A stretch of DNA of 64,000 nucleotides, taken from the NCBI GenBank assembly GCA_016906335.1, contig JADEYG010000015.1, positions 1,116,001 through 1,180,000 on the forward strand, in the 5' to 3' direction. The notes under the pieces are model-generated. The model made no database searches, was not told the DNA's origin, and saw only the letters and a program-made list of their open reading frames with translations. The translations under genes and the position numbers were made by a program. This document shows positions 36,679-49,023 of the stretch, one piece after another (the first letter of the stretch is position 1; each line of letters starts with the position of its first letter). The DNA comes from Novakomyces olei (lineage: Eukaryota).

Positions 36679-37200
36679 AAGCCCTATTATAAAAGGCAGT
36701 TTACGCGTCGCCAAAACGCGATACTAGACCAGCATTTGCAAGTAAGACTACCGCAAGATTGCTTGTACGTCGCAAGCAGTTCTCTATCTGCCTTTTTGTT
36801 ACAGCCAGAGACTGATGATACTTGATATCTGTGCAAGTAATGCTAAAGTGAAAGCGGTCTGCACAAAGATCGCTGCCATAAAATCGTCATTTATGCGTAG
36901 TTATGGCAGGAATATTACTGGTTTACCGAACGTGCCGGTGCCAAGCGAGGAAAACAAGAAAGGCAAAATATTGGTTGGATACGGCAGCCATAAGGGCTGA
37001 TTCAGAGTTTGATCAGGTCAGCGGCGGCCTGCCGTGTTGCCTCGAGTTTAGCGGCAAATACTTGCTTGGATTCCTGGATCCGAGGCCGCTGAGCCGAGTC
37101 GCATCTGCGGCCACCTTGGCGTTTTTGCTGGTCTTTATTCCGGCATTTGTATTCATCCACAATCCTCTGTACTGTAGACCATTGAAGCAAAATTTCAAAA

Positions 37201-40200
37201 ATGTGGCGGCAGTTGAGCGTGACTCGGCCGCATATAGCGTATGCGCTGCTCGGCGGGTTTACCACCGTGTTTATGCTGCTTTCGCTTTTCATCAAGGAAA
37301 AACTTTACATTGGCGAAGCGAGTAAGTCTGAATAAAACATGAAAAATTATGAAAAATTATGAAAAATAATACGGCACTGACACCCAACTCTAGCAATGGC
37401 AACCATATTTGGTATTATTGTGGGTCCACACGCGGCCGACATTTTTTCGCCCAACACTTGGGGCAACGAGGATCTAATTACGCTCGAAATTTCACGCATC
37501 GTCTTGATCGTACAAGTGTTTGCTGTCGGCGTTGAACTGCCTTCCAAATATATGTGGAAGCACTGGCGCAGCGTAGCCATGATGCTTTTGCCTATAATGA
37601 CGGCAGGCTGGGTTATCACGGGTGCTCTTATATATGCTCTATTTCCTGAGCTGAATTTTGTCGAATCGCTCGTTGTAGGAGCATGCGTTACTGCCACTGA
37701 TCCCGTACTAGCAAGCTCGGTCGTGGGCAAATCTAAATTTGCTCGGCGTATTCCGGGTCACGTGCGCAACTTGCTATCGGCTGAATCTGGGTGTAATGAC
37801 GGCATGGCTTTTCCATTTTTATATTTGGCTCTAGATATTTACCTGGAAAGAAATCCGAGGCACGTTGTGCGGGACTGGTTTACGCTGACCATTCTGTATG
37901 AAGTTCTTTTTAGTTGTGTATACGGTGCAATTCTGGGAGTGATGGGTCGGAAAATGATAAAGTTTGCTGAGCGGCACGGCCTTATGGACCGCGAAAGTTT
38001 TCTCGCTTTTTATATCGCTCTTGCTTTTCTCTCTTGTGGTGCCGGTGTGCTGATTGGGACCGACGATTTGCTCATGTCCTTTTGCGCAGGCGCTGCTTTT
38101 GCGTGGGAGTAAGTTGTATATTAAATATTTATTGATATCTCTTTTCCGTCTTGTTTCGAGATCTGGCTTGCCTATTTTCAGCACCGTCTTTATACTTTTC
38201 TTATTTATATGTAATCTCTGGATGTTGACACTAATAATCAGCGGCTGGTTTTCCGACCAAACCGAGGAGTCTCATGTATCGAACGTGATAGATTTAATCC
38301 TCAATCTTTCCTTCTTTGTCTATTGGGGTTCCATCATTCCATGGGAGTATTACAACCGGCCCGATCTCGGAATTACTCCATGGAGGCTTGTAGTCTTGGC
38401 AATATTGGTGTTATTGCTAAGACGTCTTCCTGCAGTCATAGCATTCAAGCCACTAATACCCGATATTAAAACTTGGCGTGAGGCTGGTACGTTGAGGCTT
38501 TATTTTTCCGTTTAATATTGACCATTTTATAGTATTTTGTGGTCATTTTGGACCGATTGGAGTGGGCGCGATATTCACATCTATCCTAGCACGCGCAGAA
38601 TTAGAAACAGAATCGGAATCTCCACTCGCACGGTTACCAGCTGTAGATTCGGAGCATGGAATTGTTATCACCTTGATCTGGCCAATCGTCAGTTTTCTCG
38701 TTTTGTCATCTGTAAGTATTTATTATACTTGTTATTTATTATTTCCAGCCTATGGCTATTTACCTTTTTGACCATTCAATGGCCCGTCTATTCTCAACCT
38801 TTCTTTACAGCCTTTCTTTAGATTGCCTCTTTAACTTTTTCATCTTTCCTTTTTCTAACCCCAGATCATTGTCCATGGCTCTTCCATAGCTGTGTACACA
38901 CTCGGCAAAAAGATCCACCCGGTCGCGCTAACCTTTACAATAACACAAACGCAGGACGTGGAGAACCCGACATGGCTGCAGCGTCTACCTCGGCTGGAAA
39001 TGCATTCTACTTCACATAGACGCCGCGACACTGAGGAAAAGCTGGAGGAGAGTCCAGACAGCCAGATCAAATCCAGCCGTCTTGGAGGACCCATCAATCC
39101 AGCGGCTATTGGCCACAATATTCGGCCGCCAGAGCCTGTGCATTTGTCGCCGTCCGATAGAAGCGAAAGTCCCGATGAACATTCCCCTGAAGCAGGCGAA
39201 GGCCAACAGCCTCGGACACGAGAGGAAGCAGATGCTCAAGCGGAAGAAGAGATTGAAGAGGAGGAAGCCAATGAACGGGCGGACGAGGAGGAGGACGCTT
39301 ACCATCCTTCTATGCATCCAATTCCTACTGCCTCTGACACTCAAGCTCAAGCAGACCAAAGAGCGAATCGATCAAGAAAAGCCAGGGCCATGTACCAGGA
39401 GGGCGATAATCTTATCGTGGAAGACGAAGACGGTGAGGTTATGCGCATGAAGAAGCTCGACCGGAGCCGTAGAGAACAAGTTGAGCCCGTTTACAAGGAT
39501 CATGAACTGGCCAAACGGATCTGGTCTTATGTAAAACGCAACAAGGAATCCGGTAAAGATGCGGCTAAAAAGCCCATTAAAAAGGCACTGAAACAAGTTG
39601 CTTCAGAGCTGCCGGATATTGTAATTGATCCAGTACAAGAAGCCAAAGCCAATGCCAATCGGCCGTCGCGCCCCACAAAGGGACAAAGCTCTGCTGCAAC
39701 TGACGCTGCTACTGACGCTGGTGTGGCCGCCGTTACTGGAGCTGTTGGCGGTGGAGCCAGTGGGACTCGAACCGCCTCACAGGATAGCAATGGTGCTTCT
39801 CGGGCAGCAATGAAGCCAGTCGATCCGGAACGTGCTCGACGCGAGATTGCAGAGCGTGAAGAGGAAACTGACGTCGAACGTCGTCGGCGATTGGCTGCTC
39901 TTGGTCTGAGTGATACTGCTCAAGATGAAGGGAACAACGAAAATTTGAAGCCTCTAGAGAAAAGTGCGAAAGGTGGTGGCAGTATGGACAGAGCCGATGG
40001 AGCCAGAGGCCAAGAGCTTCAGACTGCATCCCGGACAGAGACGGGTAAACGTCGTGACGATCGGCCCACTTCTCTGTCTGGAAGTGAAGCAGAAAATGCT
40101 GTAGATTCTTCAAGCAGCAGTGACGATTATGATGATGATAATAATTCTGATTCTGATTCTGAGAGCCGAAACTCTCGTGCCGAGCATGAACACCGGCCTC

Positions 40201-40412
40201 AGCGTGGATCTTTTCTAAGATTTGTTGAGCCGGAACTACCAAGGGCAAATGATGAAGAGAATGAGTGGGGGGAAGACGTCTCATCGTCATCGAGACTACA
40301 GCCGACGGCAATAAGATTCCACGATAGTGTGGACGACGATAGAAGATCACGCGGAAGTGGTGGAGGACGGAGAAAGCATCACAGGAAGAGACGATCATGG
40401 AATCGTCAATGA
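37201..40412 (+). CDS. NHA1: Plasma-membrane Na+(K+)/H+ antiporter with long disordered C-tail; 4 introns
   Basis: [70 protein letters not shown]. Confidence 0.95.
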
Positions 40413-40820
40413 TTTGTTGTCTATTTTAATTTCTTTGCTCAAATTTTTTATCTGATTTTATTTTGAATCTGTAGTTTCTGTTCTCTGTCATACTCTGTGG
40501 GGAAGGGTTGGTGTTGTACTAGTAAGATATTGTATACTAGCATAAAGGCGGCTTTAAGCCTCCTCTAAACATTTAATATTCTCTAAATATTTGTTTTAAA
40601 TCGTAACTTGGCATTCATACTGTAGATGGGTTTGTATATATAATTATGATTATATTTATTTATATTTATTTATTTATTTATATTTATTTATTTATTTATA
40701 TTCACAATTAATGCTTATGGCTAATCCACATTAACTACGTCATACCCATATGTAGAGCCAATTTAGCACAAATCATTCGACCGATTCAACGCGCGATTGC
40801 AATTGAATTGTGCGGAAATC

Positions 40821-42331
40821 ATGAGTCAAACGGTCCCAGAAAACATTTTATCCGCGCTCCCAAAATCTTCACATGTAGTCGGTTTCAAAGGCATTGGGGG
40901 CAAGCTGTCAATTCAAAGATAAGTGCTAATCACCAGGTTCATCATTCTCGAGTGCATTTCGATTACAGACAACTCTTGATGGCTCGCCGCATAACTATTT
41001 TTGCAAAGTAAGGAGATGAAAATTTTTGTCTCTAATTCTCGAGATTGACAGTGGAAAAACGGCGCAAAAGATGATGCGGGCAGAGTACGAATCGCTCAGA
41101 GCTATTTACACAGGTATTTAATTACAATCGTTTAATCTATAAAGGCTCGTTCAGTCTGGCAATGATAAGGGAGTGTTCGAGCGCGTATTCTTGAAACAAG
41201 TTTGGGTTTTCAATTGGTTTTGGTATTTGTTTTATTATTGTAAGTCTAATTTGAACAGCCGTGCCAGGATTTTGTCCAGAGCCAATTGGCACGGGCGCTG
41301 TCTCACAAAATGAAGCACATCGATATTTTATGTTGGCGGGATGGCTTGATATGAGCGGTGCTTTAGATGCTAAAACGTTCGCTGAGCGATTAGCGCGATT
41401 GCACTCATACACTAGTGAAAACGGGAAATTTGGGTTTGAATGCAGTACTTTTTGTGGTTCAACTCAGCAAGACAATACTTGGGTATGTGCCGATTCCGTC
41501 TCGTTTTCTTGTTTATACATACGTGTAATTGTTTATTTCGTTTTACGTATACGTTCCTTTGCGTCTGTATCCTATTTATGTCTTGATTCAGGCTTGCGTC
41601 TGTCTCTGTCTCCTTTCAGTTGTCTTGCTTGCTGATCTAAATGGAAAAGGAAGACAAGTGGTCGACGTTTTTCGCGGAGCGCAGATTGCGACCGATTCTG
41701 CGTCTGAATGTAGAGAACAATGGTCCAGATCCGGAGCTAGAAGGGCTCGTTGATCGTGTTTGCACTCGCGTCGTACCTCGTCTTTTAGGGCATTTAAATG
41801 TTAAACCCGCTTTAACGCACGGCGATTTGTATGCGACTGTTTTTTGTCTCATTACTCAATGCCCTCGTCTTGTTTTTTATTTTTACTTATTTTGATAGAT
41901 TTGGGTTTATTTTGTTCTTTTGCTCTTTTTTTTCTTTTTTTTAAATTTTCCGTCTTATTTTTAACTTATTCAGTGCATTTCAAATCATGTTCACTTTATG
42001 TTCTTTGATTTTAGATTTCTATTTTTAAACGCATCAGCCTAATCGTAGATGGAGCGGAAACGCAGCCGGGTCCGTACTGTTTGATCCGAGCGCAGCTTTT
42101 ACTCACAACGAGTACGAACTTGGTATAATGATCATGTTTGGGGGCTTTGGCCGGGTTATTCCTCATTACCATCGCCATATCCCAAAAGCAGAGCCGGTGG
42201 CTGAGTATGATGACCGTGTGAGCCTGTATATGTCGTACCACGAGCTCAACCACTCTGGGATTTTTGGCGGGGGAGGCTACCGCTCATCTGCGATGAACAA
42301 CCTCAAGCGTTTAGTGCAAAAATATGGATAG
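40821..42331 (+). CDS. Fructosamine/ketosamine-3-kinase family, about 6 exons
   Basis: MMRAEYESLRAI, AVPGFCPEP, LARLH...SENGKFGF...TFCGSTQQDNTW, PALTHGDL|WSGN, FDP..FY.HNEYELGIM.MFGGF. Confidence 0.92.
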
Positions 42332-42700
42332 AATTTGTAGAATTGGGAATAATTGTTGGCAGTGAATGTTATTAGAATCATTAAAAGTAATAGACTACAG
42401 TTTGGAACAGTAAATTCGTGTTTGAGACCTCTGTACTCACAGTATACTCACACTGATCCGCTTTCTGCCCCAGTCCGATTTGCTGATTCCCATTTTGCCT
42501 GATTCCGGGTCTCCGTGCCAAGTCTCTGAATAAAGTCTAGACACATTCGATTCTGCGCAAGTTCGAATCCGTAACAGGACCGTACTTATTAACGTTGATT
42601 GACGGTACCTGAAACAATGGAGCACCAAAGAACAAAGTTTCGCCAAAGATTCGTGGATTCTTCGAGTAGTAATGAGTAGTAATTCAAGTCTTTGCCCTAT

Positions 42701-43009
42701 TTACCCGCGAAACCGTCTCAACGTTTTCTTTGCTGTTAATATTCATTTGCAGCCAATGACGTCAAGTAACCATTACCTCCAACGAGCGTGTCACGTGAAC
42801 TGCGCGGACTTGCTTGTCGGTGCCGCTCGCTGCTTCCGCCTCGCGCAGTAATGACTGAATAAACAAGCAGTATTCTAGATAAATCTACGGGTCAATACAT
42901 GACGCACTCGAGGTCTGCTTACCAGGGCCTCTGCGTTTTTACTGACAGGCCGGCCAGTGTGGGCTTTAACGATGCCACGCATCTTGTGGTTTGGGTACAA
43001 CGGCTTCAT
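42701..43009 (-). CDS. Kinetochore histone-fold protein CENP-W (Wip1-like), three exons
   Basis: Spliced MKPLYPNHKMRGIVKAHTGRPVSKNAEAL|IYLEYCLFIQSLLREAEAASGTDKQVRAVHVTRSLE|KTLRRFRG*. Confidence 0.88.
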
Positions 43010-43381
43010 GGCGGACAGGCACAGCGAGATTTGTTTGCATAGTAAATAAAGCAACAGCAATTTGTCTTACTTTACCTGATAATCAAGTAGTATACAGTGC
43101 GATGGGTTTACTGCACACACCACCGAGATTTTATAATATGAATCTCTATCATAGGCCGCAAGTAAACAATAAATTATTTTGTTACGTAATCATGCCATAT
43201 ACTGCCCACACTAACCCTAACCCTGTTAGAAATATGTCAGTAAGAGCGGTCGAACGCATTGGCTTTGTTCACGACGTTGGACGTTGTATAGCGAATCTTC
43301 CATTATCTAATTGCACAGTCTATCCAAATGTACATTTACAGATCCTGTATACGTACCGATTCGAAGGACACGCGGCGTAAT

Positions 43382-45262
43382 CTATGTGATGGCTCGGAAA
43401 AAGGATTCAATTGCCAACGGAATATCTTGACAAACATTGATCCGCTGCTGCAACAATTCTGTGATTTTTTCCGGTCCCAGGTCCGGGGTAGCACCCCTCT
43501 CAATGGTCGTGACCCGCACTAGTGCCTCAGTCGTGTCTGACGAAGGCTCTTCAACGGCCAGCCGAAAAGTCAATGGACGTGAATGCCAGAGACAGTCAAC
43601 GTGGATAGAAATGGAACTAGCGTCAGCTACTGCGTATACAGAGACAGCTTCATCGTTCATCAAAGTCTCGTCCGCCGCAGTGAAAGGTGATCCATGAAAG
43701 CTTTGCCAAAGACTGCTGAACATCGCGGATTGGCGTAATCGCTTTACTAAAAGCGGCAAGGCAGACAAGTTCTTGAGGTAGATTTTGTTGACTTGCCGCT
43801 GCGATTTTGTTTCGCCTTCTAAGGGACTTTGTGCTACATGAATTCGGTAGACGTGAGATGCGTCGTCGATACAAAGATCTCGTTTGAAAAGCGTTCGATC
43901 CGGGCAGACAAGATCTATTCGACGATTAGAGGTGCAGAAGGGCTCGCCGGGTATGAAATCTATTCCGCAATCGGCAAAGGCATATTCAGATGACTTCAAT
44001 GAATCAACACCGATTGGGACGTTTAAGGGCGGGTATAACTCAACCACAAGGCCAAGAGTTCCCGAAGGTTGTACAGATTGTTGAGCATCGCTGATGTATT
44101 AGTGATTTTCAAAATAGCAAATTCGTCAATGTGTAAATTTTTAGTTCTAATAGGACCTGCTCTAGAGATGAAACGTTATTGCTTTCATGCAGAAGACAAT
44201 GAATGATTTAAAAAATAAAATGCAATAGCAAGAGAAAAATTGTATTACAATTGCGAGAGCCAATCGGCTGTAGAGTTCGGAGCACGCATAGCGAGATGGC
44301 CAAACTCGGCTGGCAATTCCGAGAATCCAAAAGCCATTCGAAGTTCTTTGCGAGAGCCTTCCGGTAAAGGTATTGCGGAATGACTTTTCCAGTAGAGAAT
44401 CGAAGGTCCAGGTATCCCTTTGCAGTTTTTTGCAGCGATTCCGTAAGCATTTTCAAATTGCAGAGGTGAAGACTGCTGCTTCTCTGTGAAAGCAGCAGAT
44501 AAATAGTCGACACTTCGAAACAGATCGGTTCCCTCTGGAGCGGATAACGTGTCTAAACGTGCTAATCGTGCTATTTGCCCTGCAAACGCGTCTAAAGTAC
44601 TATTAGAACTGGCAAGATGGGAAGACAAAGCTTCATTTAGAGCGTCATCACTACGCGAAGTTTGACTGTCTCCTCCATCAGCCAAATGTACGCGCACTAA
44701 AAGTTGTGAGCCTGATTTAGTGTGAATACTGTTCGACTCTGTACTCGTGTCTTTGCCCGGTTCAGTGGACGCGTCTTTCTCTTTTTTGACTGTCTGCATT
44801 AGTAATTGACCCTGTTCAATAATCTTCAGCCTTATTGCCGTCTACTCTTGTACCATTAGCTGCGTCGTCAAGTCGTATATTTTTCTTTTTGACGTCATTC
44901 TCTTCCTTTACAGGGCTGTTTGCAACAGGATTTGGTTGGCGCATTGCCACCTGTTATCAGTACGAATTATTCGGGAAAGAGAAAACGGACTTGAAACACA
45001 AAATAAATCGAGACCAAGGAGTAAACTTACATCAACAAGCATAATCTTACCGCTGATGCTGATGACGGTAGACTCATTGGTATCATCGACAAAGCAATCG
45101 AGCCTTTTCCAGATTAGACGGCTGTAAACAAGAGTCATACTTGAGTCTTCGAGCTAATCGCTGAACGCCTTCTTGCGTGAAAGCGCCAAAAGAACGGTGT
45201 TCGAGCCATTTATAGGCCGTAGAAATAACTTGCTTGCGATCGTACAATGCCGTCGGCGCCAT
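43382..45262 (-). CDS. MED1: Mediator subunit Med1-like, multi-exon
   Basis: EGVQRLARRL|KLDCFVDD...ISISGKIMLVD, FAGQIARLARLDTLS...DLF, GPSILYWK, L.PPLNVP, L.KRLRQSAMFSSL, I..CQDIPL. Confidence 0.75.
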
Positions 45263-45455
45263 TCAATCATTTTATGTGCGCAAGCGCCCAAACATGCAGC
45301 TCTTTCTCGGAAATTTAATTGGCAATTATTTCGAGCAACATTTAATTGCCTGCCTCATTGATATTTCCTCATTTATTTATTTATCTATTTATCTATGTAT
45401 TGTTTTTGTCAATCATCTTTCCCCATAAATTTGTAAATAATTCCAGATAAATATT

Positions 45456-46017
45456 ATGGAGAGCATTGGCGAACAGAGCACACTGCAGCAGCAGATCGAA
45501 GCCTATGATTTCGAGGCAGACGAGAAATTTCAGGTTTGCATAATGCAAGAGCGTACATCCTGGGCGGCTAACACATTAAGGCCGGAATTGCCAGTATTTT
45601 GCAGGGTCAGAATGACGCGGATACCGAACGCGTGATTAAACGGGCAAAACTGTTTTATTACAAAAAGTACGGTTTTGTGGTGGCAAAGCTTAACTGGATA
45701 TAGCAACGTACTTCCAACTCAAAATGCGGAAAATCCTGGGCCTAACGGTGCTGAAAATGAACCGAATCAAAGCTTTACAGGCAGACCATTAGGTTTGTTA
45801 GTGGATGCAGAGGCTCCACAGGCCGCGTCATTCCAAGAAATAGTGGAGCTGATTGCCGCTGGAAAGCCAGTGCCAGGTACAATAAAGCCTTCAATGCTAA
45901 ATGGTCGCTTGCTCTTTACTAACAATAGGAATTCGGCATGTTCCTGATACACTGAATGAAAGTGAGCCTTCAGAGTCACATCAGCCGCCTTTAAGAAAGC
46001 CATGGCTTGATCGGTGA
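45456..46017 (+). CDS. PEX39: PEX39-like (C6orf226/YJR012C family) small protein, four exons
   Basis: YDFEADEKFQ|AGIASIL...AKLFYY, SFQEIVELIAAGKPVPG|IRHVPDT...RKPW. Confidence 0.8.
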
Positions 46018-46283
46018 TCGTCAGATTATGGGCAATACCGGTCTATATTGTTGGAATTAATTGAAATATTCAGGAGAATGAATCTTCAGGATTGACATGC
46101 CGCAGCACAATGTCAAACACTTCAATGCTGGGTGGCAGCTCCTTTTTGGTTTCCAGCAAAAAGTAGAAGGCGCTTCATATTTTTTGATCATGTTCGACGT
46201 GGCATATCGGAAGCATTGCATGTATACTCATTGTTTGGTTTTAATTGATTAATCAATTCTATTTATTTTATAAGTATTGAGTT

Positions 46284-47477
46284 TCAGTCTTCGTCGGACA
46301 TGAGCTCGGCGAGCTCAGCTTCTTCTGCAGCGGTTAGTTGAGCTGCCCCAGTGGTCTCGCTTTTTTCTTTTAAACTTTGCAAATTTGTCGCAAGATCGGG
46401 ATATTCTGCCATTTCTTTCGCTTGCAATGGCCAAAAGCGAACGGTCGCATCTAGCGAAGTGGATATCAATTCGTCTCCATATATTTCAAGGGATGTGACA
46501 TCATCAAAATGGCCGTCAAATGTCCGTATCAATTTGCCAGTTGCAATATTCCAAACGCGGATACGCTCATCACGGCAGGCAGTAATACATTTGTCTGAAT
46601 AAATTACACAATCACGAACATAATCAGGATGCTTTAATACTGTATCTGTCTTCCCCGTCTCCAGATCGAGCCGCATTACGCACCCATCTGCCGAGGCAGT
46701 CCAAATTTGGCCGTTGGTATAGCGCAAGCGGTACACGTTTGATTCGTGTATACGTATATCCCGAGTGCATTGTCCAGTTGTACGTGAAACTTGCCATTGT
46801 TTGATAAAGGATTCACTGCCCGCAGAGAACAGAGATAAATCGTCCCTTTGAACAGCCGCAAAATCCTCTATACCACGAGTGTGGCCCTTGAGCACATAAG
46901 CACTCGTATTTTGTAAGATTTGGTAATGTGAGCCTCCAGTTGAAGCCAAACCGGCAGAACCATCCTGGCTCTTACCCCCAATTTGGGACTGTAAGATATC
47001 CTTCAAGTCCCACGCTCGTATAGAGGCATCTGATGATCCGGAGAAAAGCAATTGCAAAGAAGGCACATGCACTAGAGCTTTAATAAAATCAGTGTGGCCC
47101 GAAAACACGGCAATTTCTGCGCCTGTCGAGAAGTCCCATAAGCGTACTGTTTTGTCCCAAGATCCCGAGCAAACAAAATCCGCTCCAGAAACAGTAGCAA
47201 TACAAAGAGATGAGACGGGTGCACGATGGCCGCGTAAGACGCGTACTGTTTTACGCGTTTTCAAGTTTAAAATTCGAATTGACGACGCGGATTCTCCAAT
47301 TACGAGATAGTCCTTATGCGGTACACTGCATATGATTTTACTAGGCAGCGCGATAGGCGAGCCATTGGTATTGACCCGTTTTTCTGCTCGGCTGATGTGT
47401 CAGAAAAGTGGCATAAAAGTCAAGTACCGTTGCGCATCCGCTAAGCTGGCGTCCGTTTGAAAGTATGCGTCTGCCAT
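46284..47477 (-). CDS. WD40-repeat protein; short intron near 47430-47392
   Basis: MADAYFQT first exon; GH...WD repeats (GHRAPV..SGSWDKTVRLWD, GHTDFIK..SGSSDASIRAWD, GHFDDV..SLDATVRFW); C-terminal EEAELAELMSDED. Confidence 0.92.
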
Positions 47478-49023
47478 GATAATACTGTAATAATAACGAA
47501 AAAAAGAAGAATGGTTAGAATTACATTTGACGGTAATATTTCAAATAAATAAATTGATTTAAGGAAAATTGGGCAACGTGCTTATCGATAAGTCAACCTT
47601 CCTTTCGCGCTATCATTGCTTGAAACGAAGAGTGAAGAGGCGTATGCAGATGCAAAGGAGATAAATACGTACAAAAATTTACCACTGATACTTTTATACT
47701 TTAGGCGTCTCCAAAATCAGTAAGACTTATCAACAAGACAGGAACGATGGAGGAAGCGTGGACGAAAATTGCGAATAAACTCACAAATGGTAAGGGCTTT
47801 TGGGTTAGCGGAGTAGCTGCTCACCATTTTAATTAAAACAAATTCGAACTAGACATATTACACTTTTATAATTGTAGTCTTGGTTATCAATTAAGAAGGG
47901 TTCGTACCAATATTGGCTACGAGAACAATTGTACCGTTTGAATTTTCGTTACCATCGAGGTCTTATATTCACCCTAGTTTGATTTGATTTCGAAAGCTAT
48001 TTGGTCGGCAGGTGTTCAAAAATTCAAAACTTTTGTTAAATAAGAGATAGGCTGGACTTCGACGGGCGCAATCTTCAACCAATGTTTAGCATCTCCTCGG
48101 CGCAAGCGACACTAAAACATTCTACTCATTGCGCGAGACGAAACTAAAACTGTATCATTACAGGAAGACGCTCTACAGAATTTGAAAACGTGCTTTTATC
48201 GCGAATTGTATCAATTAGCAGTACAATCGGGATCGGCTCTAATAATAAAATTTAAAATCTAGCCCAGAGGTGCGTTTGAATGAGAAAATAAGGATAGAAT
48301 TAGCCGTACAGGCAGCAAACCGTTTATTCGGTTACGACAAAAAAAAAACTACGTCACATGAAATTTCTTCGCGTAGTGTAAGAAAAACTGCGCTTAGAAT
48401 AATTCTTAACAATAAAAACAAACCGCCATTCGGAGCAATCTATTCGTGAATATGGTATTCCTGTCAAATGCACGTGTTCCGATGGTCCGCAAGCAGAAAT
48501 GTGGGGAATTAATTAGCTATAAATTGTGGAATAGCCGATAATATTATGTGCATTATGTGCAGTTAAATTTCGGTGAGCGTAATAGGTGAGCGTAATAAAT
48601 GCACGTAATCCGTCCACGTCGCCCAATTATTTCGCACTTTTTACTTGTGGGTGGAAATAACTTCCGTAAAAGGTGCAAAAGCCGGGGAAGAGGAGAAGGC
48701 GCTACAACGCTAAACTCTAAACCGGAAGACCGGAACACGGCAATACTTATGCTCTATAGTGCGCAGGTGTTTTGATCTTTAAAAGTCTTTTGCTATTTAA
48801 CGTTACTTTAACGCATTACTAGCTGCCTGGCCGGAAACATGGTAGTTTAGCTGTTGTGCATAAAAGAAGCTGGTCCACCCGAAACCTGTGCTGTCGGCTC
48901 GCTTTTGCGCGATTACAGTTGTGTAGCATTTTATTCTTGATTTCCTTGTTTGCCCTGGCAAAGTGCATTTTGTGCTACATTTCGCTCAAAAAGAGGAGTC
49001 TGTAAACACTTCAACTTTGCACT

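Noticed and set aside
39733..40398. 221-aa minus-strand ORF and other antisense ORFs (e.g. 2424-3026, 12525-13091, 54323-54850)
   Set aside because: Shadows of well-supported genes on the opposite strand.
42561..42570. GTTCGAATCC, a tRNA T-loop/B-box-like sequence
   Set aside because: The flanks do not form a T-stem or cloverleaf, and I found no A-box or acceptor stem.
42437..42646. 69-aa minus-strand ORF downstream of CENP-W
   Set aside because: Non-ATG start and no recognisable domain; probably 3' UTR.
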